This document shows positions 8,771 to 19,687 of a DNA stretch of 64,000 nt, one piece after another. The position numbers and the translations under genes were made by a program. Every line of letters starts with the position of its first letter. The first letter of the stretch is position 1. Source of the DNA: an uncultured Planctomycetota bacterium (GTDB lineage: Bacteria > Planctomycetota > Planctomycetia > Gemmatales > Gemmataceae); assembly GCA_963849325.1 (NCBI GenBank), contig CAWKHF010000006.1:352001-416000 (forward strand), in the 5' to 3' direction. The notes under the pieces are model-generated. The model did not search any database. It was given only the letters and a program-made list of their open reading frames with translations, and was not told where the DNA came from.

Positions 8771-9744
8771 TTATTTGCCCCGCCCAGCTTGCGGTGCCGC
8801 CACGGGCGGCGCAGACCCCTCGGCAGGTGCCAAGGTCTCGATTTGATGGACGAGGCGGTTGAACCCGGTCAGGGTGGCCTGATCCAGCGTGTTGTCCAGA
8901 ACGGCGGTGGTCAAGTGGTCCTGGAGCGCTTGCTTCGCCCGGAAGAGAGCTTTGCTATCCTTGTGGTCCAAAGCGTCCCGCGCATCCCGCAAGTCCTTTT
9001 GCAGTTCCTTGGGCAGCGTGGCCTGGCTCAACTCCTCCAGGCTCTTGACCACGGCCGCTTGTTGCTCTGCCTTCACTTGGGTTCGCTGCTCCTGCCATTG
9101 CCGGAACTGATCGACCGCCTGGACCATTCCTGGGTCTTTGGGGTCGGGCGGAGTGAAGCGGGCCAGGTTCTCTCGGTAACTACCGCTCACCTCCGCGGTG
9201 ACATCCTGGATCACCTTCTCGTAATAGGAGGCCGGATGCTTACCTTGAATCGGGAAGGTCAGGTAGGGCAGCCCGCTGGTCTTGCTGGTGCCGGTGCGGG
9301 TCGTCTCCCGGAGTTCCTCGGGAAGTCCGGCTTTGGCCGCCGCCACGGCCTCGGGGCTGTTGAAATACAGGGTGACGCTCGGCGTCGGTTCGCCTTTGAG
9401 GTGGTCTACCCGGACGTGGGCGTGCCGGTCCTTTTTGATGAGACCGTCCACTTGGGCGCCGATGCCGAGCTTCTGGCATAGGCGGAGAACTCTGGTGGGG
9501 TAAGAGTAATGTGGGATGCTAAGTATTTTCGGCCGCGACCATTTTCCTGGAGGCTGCTGTCCAGGCCGGATCGTTGGAAGAGGCGGTGAGCGGTTCGGGC
9601 ATCCGCCTCGTGGAAGGACGAGTAGCTTATTTTATACTGGCCGGCGCCATCCCGCCGGACCCCCAGGTCGATGGTCTCCGGAAGGCGCAGCGTTTTTTTC
9701 AGGAGATCGACCAGACTTCTTTCGGTTTTGGATTCGAGCGGCAT
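8771..9744 (-). CDS. Hypothetical protein (two track ORFs joined by a 1-nt indel near 9475)
   Basis: ORFs 9406..9744 and 8771..9451 join as ...FSAYAQKLGIGAQVDGLIKK...; ends APQAGRGK. Confidence 0.6.
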
Positions 9745-10073
9745 GGTACTCCTCTGCGCGAGCGGTGGTTACGACTACCAAGCATACATTAAAACATATA
9801 AATAATAGTTAATCTTTGTTTCGGCAGAGGCTCGGCTTCGGTTTCCGTCGGTTAACCTAGCGCGATTCGGGCCTGGGCGCAAGTCGCTTGGCGGCGGGGG
9901 CGGGGTGACTACCCGAACCAGGTGTCCGTCGAGGGGAGCCGAGGGCCGGTCGCAACCCGATTTCCAGGGGAAAGAAAGCGGCGGTGCCAGGGGTGGCGTT
10001 TCGGTGGCGTGAGGGTGACAGGGAGAAGGCCACAATTCTCGCCAAGCGAGGCTGGCTGCGGTGGAGCACATCA

Positions 10074-10113
10074 TCGTTAACATTCCGTTAACGAAAGTGT
10101 GATAGCGTAAAAT
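10074..10113 (+). promoter_or_regulatory. Inverted repeat plus -10 box before relaxase (operator and/or oriT candidate)
   Basis: TCGTTAAC-attcc-GTTAACGA, then AAGTGTGATAGCG, then TAAAAT 5 nt before the ATG. Confidence 0.4.
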
Positions 10114-10118
10114 GAGGC

Positions 10119-12815
10119 ATGATCCGCATCACGCAACAGGATTGTGCCCCGGACGCCAAACGCTATTACGCGACGGCGGACTATTACAGCGAAGGACAGG
10201 AACTGGTCGGTCTGTGGGGCGGTCAAGGCGCCGCCCGGCTGGGGCTGGAAGGGACGGTAGACCAATTCTCTTTTGAGCGCTTGTGCGACAATCTTAGCCC
10301 CAGAACCGGGGAGCCGCTGACGGTGCGAACGCGCGCCGATCGGACCGTGGGCTACGATTTTACCTTCTCGGTCCCCAAGTCGGTGTCGCTCCTGTACGCG
10401 CTGAGCGGCGACGAGGACATCATGGGTGCCTTCCGGTCGGCCGTGGATGAAACCATGCGCGAGATGGAAACGGAGATGAAAACGCGCGTGCGCCGGGGCG
10501 GCAAGGACGAGGATCGCACGACGGGCAACATGGTCTGGGCGGAATTCATTCACACCACGTCCCGGCCGGTGGACGGCCTGCCCGACCCGCAGTTGCACGC
10601 CCACGTCTTCGTGTTCAACACCACTTGGGATCAGGAGGAGGAACGCTGGAAAGCGGGCCAGTTCCGCGAGCTGAAGCGGGATGCTCCGTACTTCCAGGCG
10701 GCCTTCCGGGTGCGGTTGGCGAACCGGCTTCAGGCTCTGGGCTTCGGCGTGGAGCGCAAGCGGGATGACTTCGAGATTGCCGGCGTGCCCAAGGACATGC
10801 TGAAACGCTTCTCGCGGCGCACGGCGTTGATCGAGAAGGTGGCCGGGGAGCGGGGCATCACCGATCCCGACCGCAAGGCGGAACTCGGGGCCGAGACTCG
10901 CGAAAAGAAGGGGGCGGCCCTCGGCTGGGACAGTCTCCGCAAAAAATGGAACGCCCGCCTGAGCGACAAGGAGCGGGAAGCGATCACGGCCGTTCACCGC
11001 CGGGAACATCCCGCTGCCCGGCCCGAGCGGGGCGAGGGCGTGGCTGTGGATCATGCCCTGGAGCACAGTTTTGTGCGTGAGGCCGTGGTGCCCGAACGCA
11101 AGCTGCTGACCGAAGCCCTCAAACGCGGCATCGGCTCCGTCAGGGTCGAGGGCGTGACCCGCGAGATGGCGAAGCGTCCCCTGATCCGCAGCGATGTCGC
11201 CGGACGCATGATGGCGACGACGAAAGAGATGCTGGCCCTGGAATCACGCCTGACCGACTTTGCTCGCCTCGGGCGGGGACGGTGCCGGCCGCTGGGCGAT
11301 CCGCAGCGGCCTTGCTCGCGCGACTGGTTCAACGACGGACAGAAGGCGGCCGTCCGCCACGTGCTCGGCTCGCGTGACCGGGTGATGATTATCCGGGGTG
11401 TCGCCGGCACCGGGAAAACGACGTTGGAACAAGAGATTGGCGAGGCGTTGGCCGAGGCCGGCAAGCCGGTCGTTGCCTTGGCTCAATCGGTCAAAGCCAG
11501 CCGGGAAGTGCTGCGGCAGGAAGCGGGGTTTGCGACCGCTGATACGGTGGCCATGTTTCTCAAAGATGAGAGGATGCAGGAAGCGGCGCGGGACGGCGTT
11601 ATCCTGGTCGATGAGGCCAGCCAGCTCGGCACGCGCGACATGCTCCAGGTCTTCGAGGCGGCGGAGCGGCTGGGCGCCCGCGTCCTGCTCGTGGGCGATA
11701 AACGGCAGCACCGCAGCGTGACGGCCGGGGAGCCGCTCCGGCTGCTGGAGGAGAGGGCCGGGCTGCCGGTGGCCCTCGTCACGGACATCCTGCGGCAGCA
11801 GGGCAACTACAAGAAGGCAGCCGGGCTGCTCAGCGAAGGCCGCACGGAGGAAGCGTTCGAGGAGCTGGACAAGCTCGGCTGGATCAAACAGGTGCCCGAC
11901 GGCGACCGCGACAAGCAGCTGGCCTCTGCCTACCTGGCCGCTGTTGCGGAAAAGAAGCGGGGCGGGGCCTACAAGTCGGCGCTGGTGGTATCGCCGACCC
12001 ATGTGGAGGCGGAGCGCATCACGGCCGCCATCCGCGACGGTCTCCAGGCGGATGGCAAGCTCCGCGGGGAACGGGTCATCCGCAGGTGGGTTCCCGCGCA
12101 CCTGACCGCTGCCCAGAAAGCGGACCCTACCGAATACGAGCCGGGCTATTTGCTTCAATTCCATCAGAATGCCAAGGGCTATCCGAAAGGCTCTCGCCTG
12201 CTGCTGGACGAAGGAGCGGAGCCTCCGACCCGGTTGGCCCAGCGCTTCGAGGTTTACCGGCCGGCGCAGCTCGCTTTGGCGGTCGGCGACCGCGTGCGCG
12301 TCACGGCTGGCGGCAAGACCAAGGACGGCAAGCATCGCTTGAGCAACGGCTCGCTCTTCACGGTCCAGGGGTTCAGCCGGCAAGGGGACATCATCGTGGA
12401 TCGTGGCTGGGTCATCGACCGCGATTTCGGGCACCTGACGCACGGCTACGTCGTGACCAGCCACGCCAGCCAGGGCGTCACGGTGGACAAGGTGTTTGTC
12501 GGCGTCTCCAGCGACTCCTTCCCGGCGACGTACCAGCGGACGGCCTACGTAGCAGTGACGCGCGGCAAGGAACAGGCGCAGATCTTCACCGACGACCGCA
12601 AGGAGCTGCTCAAGGCGGTCAGCCGGCTCGACGAGCCGCTATCCGCCACCGAACTCCTGGAGTCTACCCACGACAAGGCGAAGGTGCGGGATGGGCTGAC
12701 CAAGCCGCTGACGCTGGCCCGGCGTCTGGCCACGTTGATGCCGCACCATCCAGCATGGCGGACGGAAACTACCAGAAACCTGCCTTCGGAACGGGACAGG
12801 AGCCATGACCGATAA
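10119..12815 (+). CDS. trwC: MOBF (TrwC/TraI-type) relaxase-helicase
   Basis: RYYATADYY tyrosines, GYDFTFSVPKSVS, HTTSR..DPQLHAH HUH motif, helicase GVAGTGKTT, VDEAS, HGYVVTSHASQG, YVAVTRG. Confidence 0.95.
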   Translation: MIRITQQDCAPDAKRYYATADYYSEGQELVGLWGGQGAARLGLEGTVDQFSFERLCDNLSPRTGEPLTVRTRADRTVGYDFTFSVPKSVSLLYALSGDEDIMGAFRSAVDETMREMETEMKTRVRRGGKDEDRTTGNMVWAEFIHTTSRPVDGLPDPQLHAHVFVFNTTWDQEEERWKAGQFRELKRDAPYFQAAFRVRLANRLQALGFGVERKRDDFEIAGVPKDMLKRFSRRTALIEKVAGERGITDPDRKAELGAETREKKGAALGWDSLRKKWNARLSDKEREAITAVHRREHPAARPERGEGVAVDHALEHSFVREAVVPERKLLTEALKRGIGSVRVEGVTREMAKRPLIRSDVAGRMMATTKEMLALESRLTDFARLGRGRCRPLGDPQRPCSRDWFNDGQKAAVRHVLGSRDRVMIIRGVAGTGKTTLEQEIGEALAEAGKPVVALAQSVKASREVLRQEAGFATADTVAMFLKDERMQEAARDGVILVDEASQLGTRDMLQVFEAAERLGARVLLVGDKRQHRSVTAGEPLRLLEERAGLPVALVTDILRQQGNYKKAAGLLSEGRTEEAFEELDKLGWIKQVPDGDRDKQLASAYLAAVAEKKRGGAYKSALVVSPTHVEAERITAAIRDGLQADGKLRGERVIRRWVPAHLTAAQKADPTEYEPGYLLQFHQNAKGYPKGSRLLLDEGAEPPTRLAQRFEVYRPAQLALAVGDRVRVTAGGKTKDGKHRLSNGSLFTVQGFSRQGDIIVDRGWVIDRDFGHLTHGYVVTSHASQGVTVDKVFVGVSSDSFPATYQRTAYVAVTRGKEQAQIFTDDRKELLKAVSRLDEPLSATELLESTHDKAKVRDGLTKPLTLARRLATLMPHHPAWRTETTRNLPSERDRSHDR

Positions 12816-13371
12816 ACCAACCTTTCAGGACCGCTTAAAGGGGATTATTCACTCCCCGATGTCCACCGATCCGGATCGTTGGCAGGAAGTCATGCACGCC
12901 AAAGAGCGTGCGGCGTCTCCCGCCAAGAAAGAGGCGGAAGGCGAGGAAACGGAGGTTTCCTGCGGGGCGTTCGGCTACCTGCGGGGAATCCGCGATGTGC
13001 CGGGTGCCTTGGAGCTGCGCTTCCGGGACGGCAATAGCACCTGGTTCCCCTACGGCTGGCTCGGTCCCTGGCACTACAACCCGTCCGAGGGGCTGCTCCT
13101 GAAGTTCTCCGGGGACCTCGTGTACCTGGTTTTGATCCGGGGCAGCAATCTCGATAAGCCCTTGAACGAAGGGGCCATCAATCTGACCACCGGGGGCCTG
13201 CAACGCCATCGCGTCGTGTGGATTCGGGAGATGAGCGAGGAGGACATTCGGCAGGTGGGGGAGAACGGGCCGACCATCGACCGGATCGAGGTCGCGGAAT
13301 TCGAGTCGCAGGCAGCGCTGAAGGAATGGCTCACCGCCAAGGCTCCGGCGTTCGTGCGGGGAGAGGGATGA
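12805..13371 (+). CDS. Hypothetical protein coupled to the relaxase
   Basis: 188-aa ORF overlapping the relaxase stop, RBS AGGAG, core-like codon usage. Confidence 0.75.
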   Translation: MTDKPTFQDRLKGIIHSPMSTDPDRWQEVMHAKERAASPAKKEAEGEETEVSCGAFGYLRGIRDVPGALELRFRDGNSTWFPYGWLGPWHYNPSEGLLLKFSGDLVYLVLIRGSNLDKPLNEGAINLTTGGLQRHRVVWIREMSEEDIRQVGENGPTIDRIEVAEFESQAALKEWLTAKAPAFVRGEG

Positions 13372-13383
13372 ACGGAGGAACCT

Positions 13384-13617
13384 ATGGATGATACGGACGC
13401 AGCGCTGGCCTGCATCCTGGCGGATTGCCAGGACGCGGACGACATGGCGTGGTACATTGGCAAACTTGCCACCCTCGTGCAGCATCTTACCTGCTGCATG
13501 GCGAGAGAGGTCGATCAGACGGAAGCCGGCATACGGACGCTGTACGCGACTTGGGCGGACATGACGGTCGAACAGTTGGCCGACCCCAGACGATTCCCCA
13601 GCAGCAAGCCGCACTGA
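13384..13617 (+). CDS. Small hypothetical protein
   Basis: 77-aa ORF with GGAGG RBS following the previous gene. Confidence 0.55.
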   Translation: MDDTDAALACILADCQDADDMAWYIGKLATLVQHLTCCMAREVDQTEAGIRTLYATWADMTVEQLADPRRFPSSKPH

Positions 13618-13859
13618 CCCACGAAGCCGCTGTCAAGGAAGGGCAGACGCAGAATGCTCCGATGTTCTTGCGGTAAGAAAGATAGGCATTGGCAGACGGC
13701 ACGCGGAAGCGTGCCGCACCGGGAGGGGCTTTGGCCTGTGGTCCGCGATCTTCATCGCCCCGCTGCTCCCGATACAGAGCCGGTAGCCACGGGAAAGAGC
13801 CAGGGATCGTTGGTAGCGAATCCTTAACCATTTCCCGTCATAGTTCGGACCAGGACTAA

Positions 13860-15602
13860 TTGCTGGTGACGGTGATGAGAAGGTGCTTACGACGAACGAT
13901 ACTCGGTACGGCGGGGCTGGCAGGGAGCCTCGTGTACCTGACCGAGCCGGGCGATGCTTGGGCCGCTGCGACGCCGGTGGTGCCCGGCAGCGCCGATGCC
14001 GGCCGAGTCCTGGAAAACCTCCAGCCGGTGCCGGAGCCAACGCTGGCGGCTCCCCCTGTCACGGTAGCACCCCAGCTCGGCCTGCCGACGCCGCCCGGTG
14101 CCGCCCAGGCACTCTTCTTGCTCAACGATGTCCGCGTCGAAGGAGCAACCGTCTATGACAACAGACAGCTGGCGGCCATCTTCCGGCCCTATCTGCACCA
14201 GTACCTATCCGTGCGGAAACTCTATGCACTGACCCAGCCCATCACCCAGCGCTACCACGAGGACGGCTACGCCTTATCCAAGGCCGTCGTGCCGCCGCAA
14301 AACTTAACCGAGGGGAGAGTAAGGATTCAGGTAGTCGAGGGCTACATCGATGCTGTGCAGACGCAAGGCCCCTTTCGCCACTCGGATGCGGCCGATACCA
14401 TTATCGACCGGATTAAGAGCTATCGGCTGCTGAAAGTCAAGGATCTCGAACGCGACATGCTCCTTCTCAATGACCTGCCCGGCGTATCGGTCCGGGCGGT
14501 GTTGAAGCTCCCGGACCCAAGCGGCGGCATCCCGCCGCCGGGAGCTTCGGACTTGCTTCTCGTCTTCACCGATGTGGCGGCACCTGCCAGCGTCAGCCTG
14601 GACAATTACGGCTCACGCTATACAGGTCCCTACGAGGCATCGTTTCAGGCTGGGCTGAACCATGACGTGTTCGGACCCTACCAGCAGACGGTCGTCAGCG
14701 GCGCGACGGCGCTACCCCAGTCGCACGAACTGCAAACCATCCAGCTATCGCATCGCCTGCTGCTCGACGGTCAAGGCACCAGCGCCACGTTGCAGGCGGC
14801 CTATGCCCATACCGAGCCGGGCTATCAGCTGACTTCCAGTGAGATCGTCAGCGACGCTTATAACTATGGTGTCTCCGTGTCGCATCCGCTGCTGCGGTCC
14901 CGGTCGCAGAATTACTACGTATCCGGGGACGTGGTCATCAAGGACATCACGGCCGACGCGCTGGACACGCCCTTGTATCACGACAAGCTCACCATCGTCA
15001 GCGTGGCCGGCAGTGGCGAGGTAGCCGATCCGTGGGGCGGGGCCAATCTCGCCCAGGTGAAGCTGAGCCAGGGTCTGAATCTGTTGGGAGCCACTCGGAC
15101 CGGCACGCCGGACTTGTCGCGGGCCAACGGCCACAGCGATTTCATTCGTTTGTCGGCCACACTCAGCCGGCTTCAGGCGGTCACGGATACCGTCCGGCTC
15201 TATGCCGCCGGCAGTGGGCAGTATAGCTGGTCCCCGCTCTTGTCGTCGGAGCAGTTTGGTTACGGAGGCCAGCAGTTCGGCCGGGCCTATGACCCCGCGG
15301 TCCTGACGGGAGACGACGGCGTGGCTGGCCTGGTCGAGCTACGCTACTCTCCACCGCTCTCGATCCCCCATGTCAGCTCCGAGCTGTATACCTTCTACGA
15401 CATCGGACGGGTGTGGACTTACCACGATACGGCAAGCATGCAAGGTGGTGCTTCGGCCGGCATCGGATGGCGCTTTGCCTATGGACCTCATCTGTTCGCC
15501 AATCTGAGCCTGGCCCAACCGCTGACCAGCAGCGTGACGGCGCCTGCGTATGGCAACGGCAAGGCGCCCAGGGCCTTATTCTCGCTCAACATCAAGAATT
15601 AA
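13860..15602 (+). CDS. TpsB (ShlB/FhaC/HecB) two-partner secretion transporter
   Basis: Signal peptide, POTRA (Y..DGY.LSKAVVPPQ..G.VRIQVVEG; LERDMLLLNDLPG), DNYGSRYTG, GGQQFGRAY loop motif, C-terminal beta strand. Confidence 0.93.
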   Translation: MLVTVMRRCLRRTILGTAGLAGSLVYLTEPGDAWAAATPVVPGSADAGRVLENLQPVPEPTLAAPPVTVAPQLGLPTPPGAAQALFLLNDVRVEGATVYDNRQLAAIFRPYLHQYLSVRKLYALTQPITQRYHEDGYALSKAVVPPQNLTEGRVRIQVVEGYIDAVQTQGPFRHSDAADTIIDRIKSYRLLKVKDLERDMLLLNDLPGVSVRAVLKLPDPSGGIPPPGASDLLLVFTDVAAPASVSLDNYGSRYTGPYEASFQAGLNHDVFGPYQQTVVSGATALPQSHELQTIQLSHRLLLDGQGTSATLQAAYAHTEPGYQLTSSEIVSDAYNYGVSVSHPLLRSRSQNYYVSGDVVIKDITADALDTPLYHDKLTIVSVAGSGEVADPWGGANLAQVKLSQGLNLLGATRTGTPDLSRANGHSDFIRLSATLSRLQAVTDTVRLYAAGSGQYSWSPLLSSEQFGYGGQQFGRAYDPAVLTGDDGVAGLVELRYSPPLSIPHVSSELYTFYDIGRVWTYHDTASMQGGASAGIGWRFAYGPHLFANLSLAQPLTSSVTAPAYGNGKAPRALFSLNIKN

Positions 15603-15734
15603 CCATGTTATTTCGGTATCTTGGTGGACGTGTGGGCGCTCCGTGTACGGGGAGCTTTGTCGTTCGTTGATGAATAATTAAGGTATCGAGAGTAGAATAC
15701 GATAAGGATCGTATTCGTGGAGGAAGCCTAACGC

Positions 15735-18700
15735 ATGATGCTCAAGGTAGGACGTGGGTGGTCTCCAGGGAGAATCCCTGACGGCACGGCATTCTGGGGG
15801 CTGGGATTTGCTCTGCTGGGCGTGGTGGCGGTAAGTTTATCCTCGCCTGCTCATGCCAATCCGCAAGGCGGGCAGGTCGCGGCGGGTCAGGCCAGCATCA
15901 CATCCAGCGGCAACACGCTGAACATCAACCAAAGCACGGACAAGGCGGTCATCGACTGGCGCAGCTTCAACATCGCCGCCGACGAACTGACGGCGTTCCA
16001 CCAGCCTTCGTCCTCCTCAAGGACGCTCAACCGCATCAACGACGCCAACCCGTCGCAGATTCTGGGCACACTGGCCGCCAACGGGCAGGTGATCCTGGTC
16101 AACCCCAACGGCGTGTTCTTCGGGCCGAACTCGAAAGTTGACGTGTCGGGTTTGATCGCCAGCACGGCCGACATTGCCAATAGCGATTTCATGGCCGGCA
16201 AGTTGACCTTCAGCCAGCCGGGCAATCCCCATGCGGCCATTATCAACCAGGGCACGATCACGGCCCAGGAGGCGGGGCTGGTGGGTTTCGTGGCGCCCTT
16301 TGTGGAAAACAATGGCGTCATTACGGCCAAGCTGGGCCAAGTGACGCTGGCCTCCGGGGACAGCTTCACGCTGGACATGGCGGGCGACCATCTGATCGAG
16401 GTGGCCGTGAGCGGCGGAGTAGCCCAGCAGCTTGCCGGCAACACCGGGAGGATCGCGGCCGATGGGGGCACCGTGATGTTGACGGCGGCAGCCGGGCGGC
16501 AGCTGGTGGATGGGGTCGTCTCCAACAGCGGGGCCATCGAGGCCAACAGTATCGGCGGCCAGAACGGGCACATCGTGCTCTACGCCGAAGGCAGCAACGC
16601 CGTCCAGAACAATGACGCGGCGCTCAAGGGCCAGAGGAGCGGCGACAGCACGGTGCTGGTGTCAGGCACCATCGACGCCTCTGGTTACGGGGCGGGGCAG
16701 AAGGGCGGTACTGTCCAGGTGCTGGGCGACCAGGTCGGTTTGCTCAACGGTTCCGTCATTGATGTAAACGGCGATGTGGGCGGCGGAATGGTGCAGGCCG
16801 GCGGCGATTTCCACGGCCAGAGCACGACGCCCACGGCCTGGGCGACGGTGATGCAGTCCGGCGCCGCGATCAAGGCCGCTGCCCTGAACAATGGCAACGG
16901 CGGCGACGTAACCGTCTGGGCCGATCATTACACCAACTTCGCCGGCAGTATCTCGGCGCACGGCGGAGCCTATGGCGGCAATGGCGGCTTCGTCGAGACT
17001 TCGGGCCAGCAAGTGTTGCAGGCGTTTGGCGGGGTGGATGCCCGCTCGCCTTGGGGCAAGGCCGGCACCTGGCTGCTCGACCCGGCGGACGTGACCATCG
17101 CCACGGCGGCCAACAGCAACGAGACCGGCGACCCGAATTTCACGCCTAGCGGCACGGCGTCCGTCATCAACACCACGACCATCCAGAACGATCTCAACGC
17201 CGGCACCAACGTCAGCGTCACCACCGGCGGCGACGCCTTTGCCGGCAACGGCGACATCACCGTGGCCAACGGCATCGCCAAATCCGCCGGCAGCGACGCC
17301 ACGCTTACCCTGTCGGCCTACCGCGACATCCTCGTCAACGCGCCCATCTCCTCCACCAGCGGCAAGCTGAACATGCTATTCCAGGCCGATAACCACGCCA
17401 ACAGCAGCGGCTATATCGACATCGCGGCGGCGCTAACGAGCAACGGCGGCAACATCACGATGGGCGGCGGCTCGGGCGTGATCTCGGCCGGTAGCGGCTA
17501 TGCCGTAGGCAATGCCGGACAAGCGACGGGTGTAGGCATTGGTGCCGTGGTCAACGCAGGCGGCGGCAATATCATTGCCAATGGTCATGGATACGACAAT
17601 GCCGGCGGCAGCAATAACTATGGCGTGTATTTAGATAACGGGGGATTTACCACCACCAGCGGCAATGTAAGTGTATACGGGATGGGCGGCAACGGCCTCA
17701 GCGACAATCATGGCGTGTATTTGTCGGGTTCCGGCAGCCAGATCGCCACTGCTAGCGGCAGCATAACGGTCACTGGCATAGGAGGCACGGCCGCTGACAC
17801 TTCCGGTTACATATCGGATTACGGTGTATATCTTGACCAAGGCACAGGCATAAGCTCAAGTGGCACCGGCGCAGGAGTTGGCAGTATTACCGTTACCGGG
17901 ACCGCTGCTTCCGCATATGGATACAGTCATGGTGTGGCACTCCTCAATGGCAGCGCAATTTCCGGTAATGCTGCCGATATTAGGGTTAACGGAACGGCGT
18001 TCGATTTCATTTCGTATGGCACAGTAATCCAGCTTGGATCGTCGATTACCAGCGGCGGGGCCGGCAATATTACCATTAGCGGTTTCAGTAGCGGTGTTGA
18101 CGGCACGGGGATAGAAACGGCGGCGGGTCCTAACGTCATCGGCGGGGCTTCCGCTACCGGCAATATCACCCTCGTCGCCGACATATTGGGCTTCTTTAGC
18201 ACCACCCCCATCCAAACCGCGGGCAACGTCACCATCAAGCCCTACACTGCTGACACGAGCATCGGCGTTGCCGGCGGGGCGGGAACGCTGCAAGTAACCA
18301 GCGGCATCCTCGATGCCATCGCTGCCGGCGGCATCACCATCGGTAACACGTCGGACAGCGGCGCGATGGATGTCGGCACGTATGCCTGGAACGCGCCGCT
18401 GACGTTGCTCTCCGGCAGCGGCAACCTCGCCATCGACGGCGCACAGGCAATGGGCAGCAACCGCTTCCTGGCCGACACCGTCTCCGGCGACATCGCCATC
18501 GGCAGCCTGGGCCGCGTCATGAGCAGCGCCTCCGGCACGCCCCTCACCCTGGCCACCAGCAGCGGCGACTTCCTCAACAATAACGGTGCATCCGCGCTTT
18601 CCGCGCCCAATGGCCGCTGGCTCATCTATTCCTCCGCTCCCTTCACCGATCATTTCCGTGGACTGGCGGCGAATTTCGCCCGGTTCGGCTGTGCCTATGG

Positions 18701-18923
18701 CGGCCCGTGCCCCGGTATCCCTGGCGCCGGCAACGGGCTACTTTACAGCTCGATGCTCCCCGACACGGTGAGCAAAGGTTTTTCCGATCCTGCCATCGGC
18801 CTGCAAGGCTTTCCGACGCAGTTCCATCCGGTCGGGACAATGGGCTTAACCGATCTCATTACGATGAATACCCGCGTTGCCGCCGACCAGGCGTCACCGT
18901 TCCTGCTTGACGCAGGCCAATAG
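15735..18923 (+). CDS. TpsA filamentous-haemagglutinin-family exoprotein
   Basis: AHA|NPQGGQV cleavage site, TPS domain with IDWRSFNI and LVNPNGV, GGFVETSG, GTWLLDP, G/N/T-rich beta-helix repeats. Confidence 0.92.
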   Translation: MMLKVGRGWSPGRIPDGTAFWGLGFALLGVVAVSLSSPAHANPQGGQVAAGQASITSSGNTLNINQSTDKAVIDWRSFNIAADELTAFHQPSSSSRTLNRINDANPSQILGTLAANGQVILVNPNGVFFGPNSKVDVSGLIASTADIANSDFMAGKLTFSQPGNPHAAIINQGTITAQEAGLVGFVAPFVENNGVITAKLGQVTLASGDSFTLDMAGDHLIEVAVSGGVAQQLAGNTGRIAADGGTVMLTAAAGRQLVDGVVSNSGAIEANSIGGQNGHIVLYAEGSNAVQNNDAALKGQRSGDSTVLVSGTIDASGYGAGQKGGTVQVLGDQVGLLNGSVIDVNGDVGGGMVQAGGDFHGQSTTPTAWATVMQSGAAIKAAALNNGNGGDVTVWADHYTNFAGSISAHGGAYGGNGGFVETSGQQVLQAFGGVDARSPWGKAGTWLLDPADVTIATAANSNETGDPNFTPSGTASVINTTTIQNDLNAGTNVSVTTGGDAFAGNGDITVANGIAKSAGSDATLTLSAYRDILVNAPISSTSGKLNMLFQADNHANSSGYIDIAAALTSNGGNITMGGGSGVISAGSGYAVGNAGQATGVGIGAVVNAGGGNIIANGHGYDNAGGSNNYGVYLDNGGFTTTSGNVSVYGMGGNGLSDNHGVYLSGSGSQIATASGSITVTGIGGTAADTSGYISDYGVYLDQGTGISSSGTGAGVGSITVTGTAASAYGYSHGVALLNGSAISGNAADIRVNGTAFDFISYGTVIQLGSSITSGGAGNITISGFSSGVDGTGIETAAGPNVIGGASATGNITLVADILGFFSTTPIQTAGNVTIKPYTADTSIGVAGGAGTLQVTSGILDAIAAGGITIGNTSDSGAMDVGTYAWNAPLTLLSGSGNLAIDGAQAMGSNRFLADTVSGDIAIGSLGRVMSSASGTPLTLATSSGDFLNNNGASALSAPNGRWLIYSSAPFTDHFRGLAANFARFGCAYGGPCPGIPGAGNGLLYSSMLPDTVSKGFSDPAIGLQGFPTQFHPVGTMGLTDLITMNTRVAADQASPFLLDAGQ

Positions 18924-19027
18924 TCGCACCTCCGGTCGAAAGGTGTCTTCGACCGACGGAAGGTGTACCTTATGACGCAGTTCAGGAATTGGCGTTGCCG
19001 CTTCACTTTATTGCTGACAAAAGGTAG

Positions 19028-19687
19028 GTGACAAAATATCCTCGTCGGATGGATGGTCCTCTTGTCTATGTCGTTGGGTACGCCCGCATTTCTTCTGCCG
19101 ATCAATCCGAAGACGGTCAGACCGACGCGCTTCACCATGCCGGGGCGTCTCGAATCATCGTGGAGCGAGCATCCGGGGTCGCCGAGCGTCCGCTGCTGGA
19201 TGAGCTGCTCTCGGGTCTGCGGGCCAGCGACGCCCTGGCGGTCACGGAAGTCAGCCGGCTCGGCCGAACGGTGCAGGAAATCCTGCTGCTCGCCGATGAT
19301 CTGCGACGGCGTGGCGTGCATCTCCGCATTCTCAATCTTGGTATCGACACCGGCACGCCAGCCGGCGAGCTGGTGCTCACGCTGATGGCCGGCCTCGCCA
19401 AGTTTGAGCGCGATTTGCTGCGCGAGCGGCAGCGGCGGGGTATCGAGGCTGCCCGCAACAGGGGAAAGCACCTGGGCCGTCCGCCGGTCTTGACGGCGAG
19501 CCATGCGGAGACAGCGATCAGGCGGCTTCAGACGGAGAGCCTGGCAGCCATCGCTAACGAATGGCGGGTCTCGGAGCGGACGCTTTCGCGCCTGGTCAAG
19601 AAGCATGCCGGCGACAGGGCGCTACCGCTCTTGCCTGGTGGGAAGGGGAAGCCGAAGCGGCGCGGGCGGATTAACCAGATGGAGTGA
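19028..19687 (+). CDS. Resolvase/invertase-family small serine recombinase
   Basis: [43 protein letters not shown]-terminal HTH. Confidence 0.93.
   Translation: MTKYPRRMDGPLVYVVGYARISSADQSEDGQTDALHHAGASRIIVERASGVAERPLLDELLSGLRASDALAVTEVSRLGRTVQEILLLADDLRRRGVHLRILNLGIDTGTPAGELVLTLMAGLAKFERDLLRERQRRGIEAARNRGKHLGRPPVLTASHAETAIRRLQTESLAAIANEWRVSERTLSRLVKKHAGDRALPLLPGGKGKPKRRGRINQME

Noticed and set aside
15735-18923. CDI toxin system
   Set aside because: No VENN/pre-toxin motif, toxin domain or downstream immunity gene recognised.
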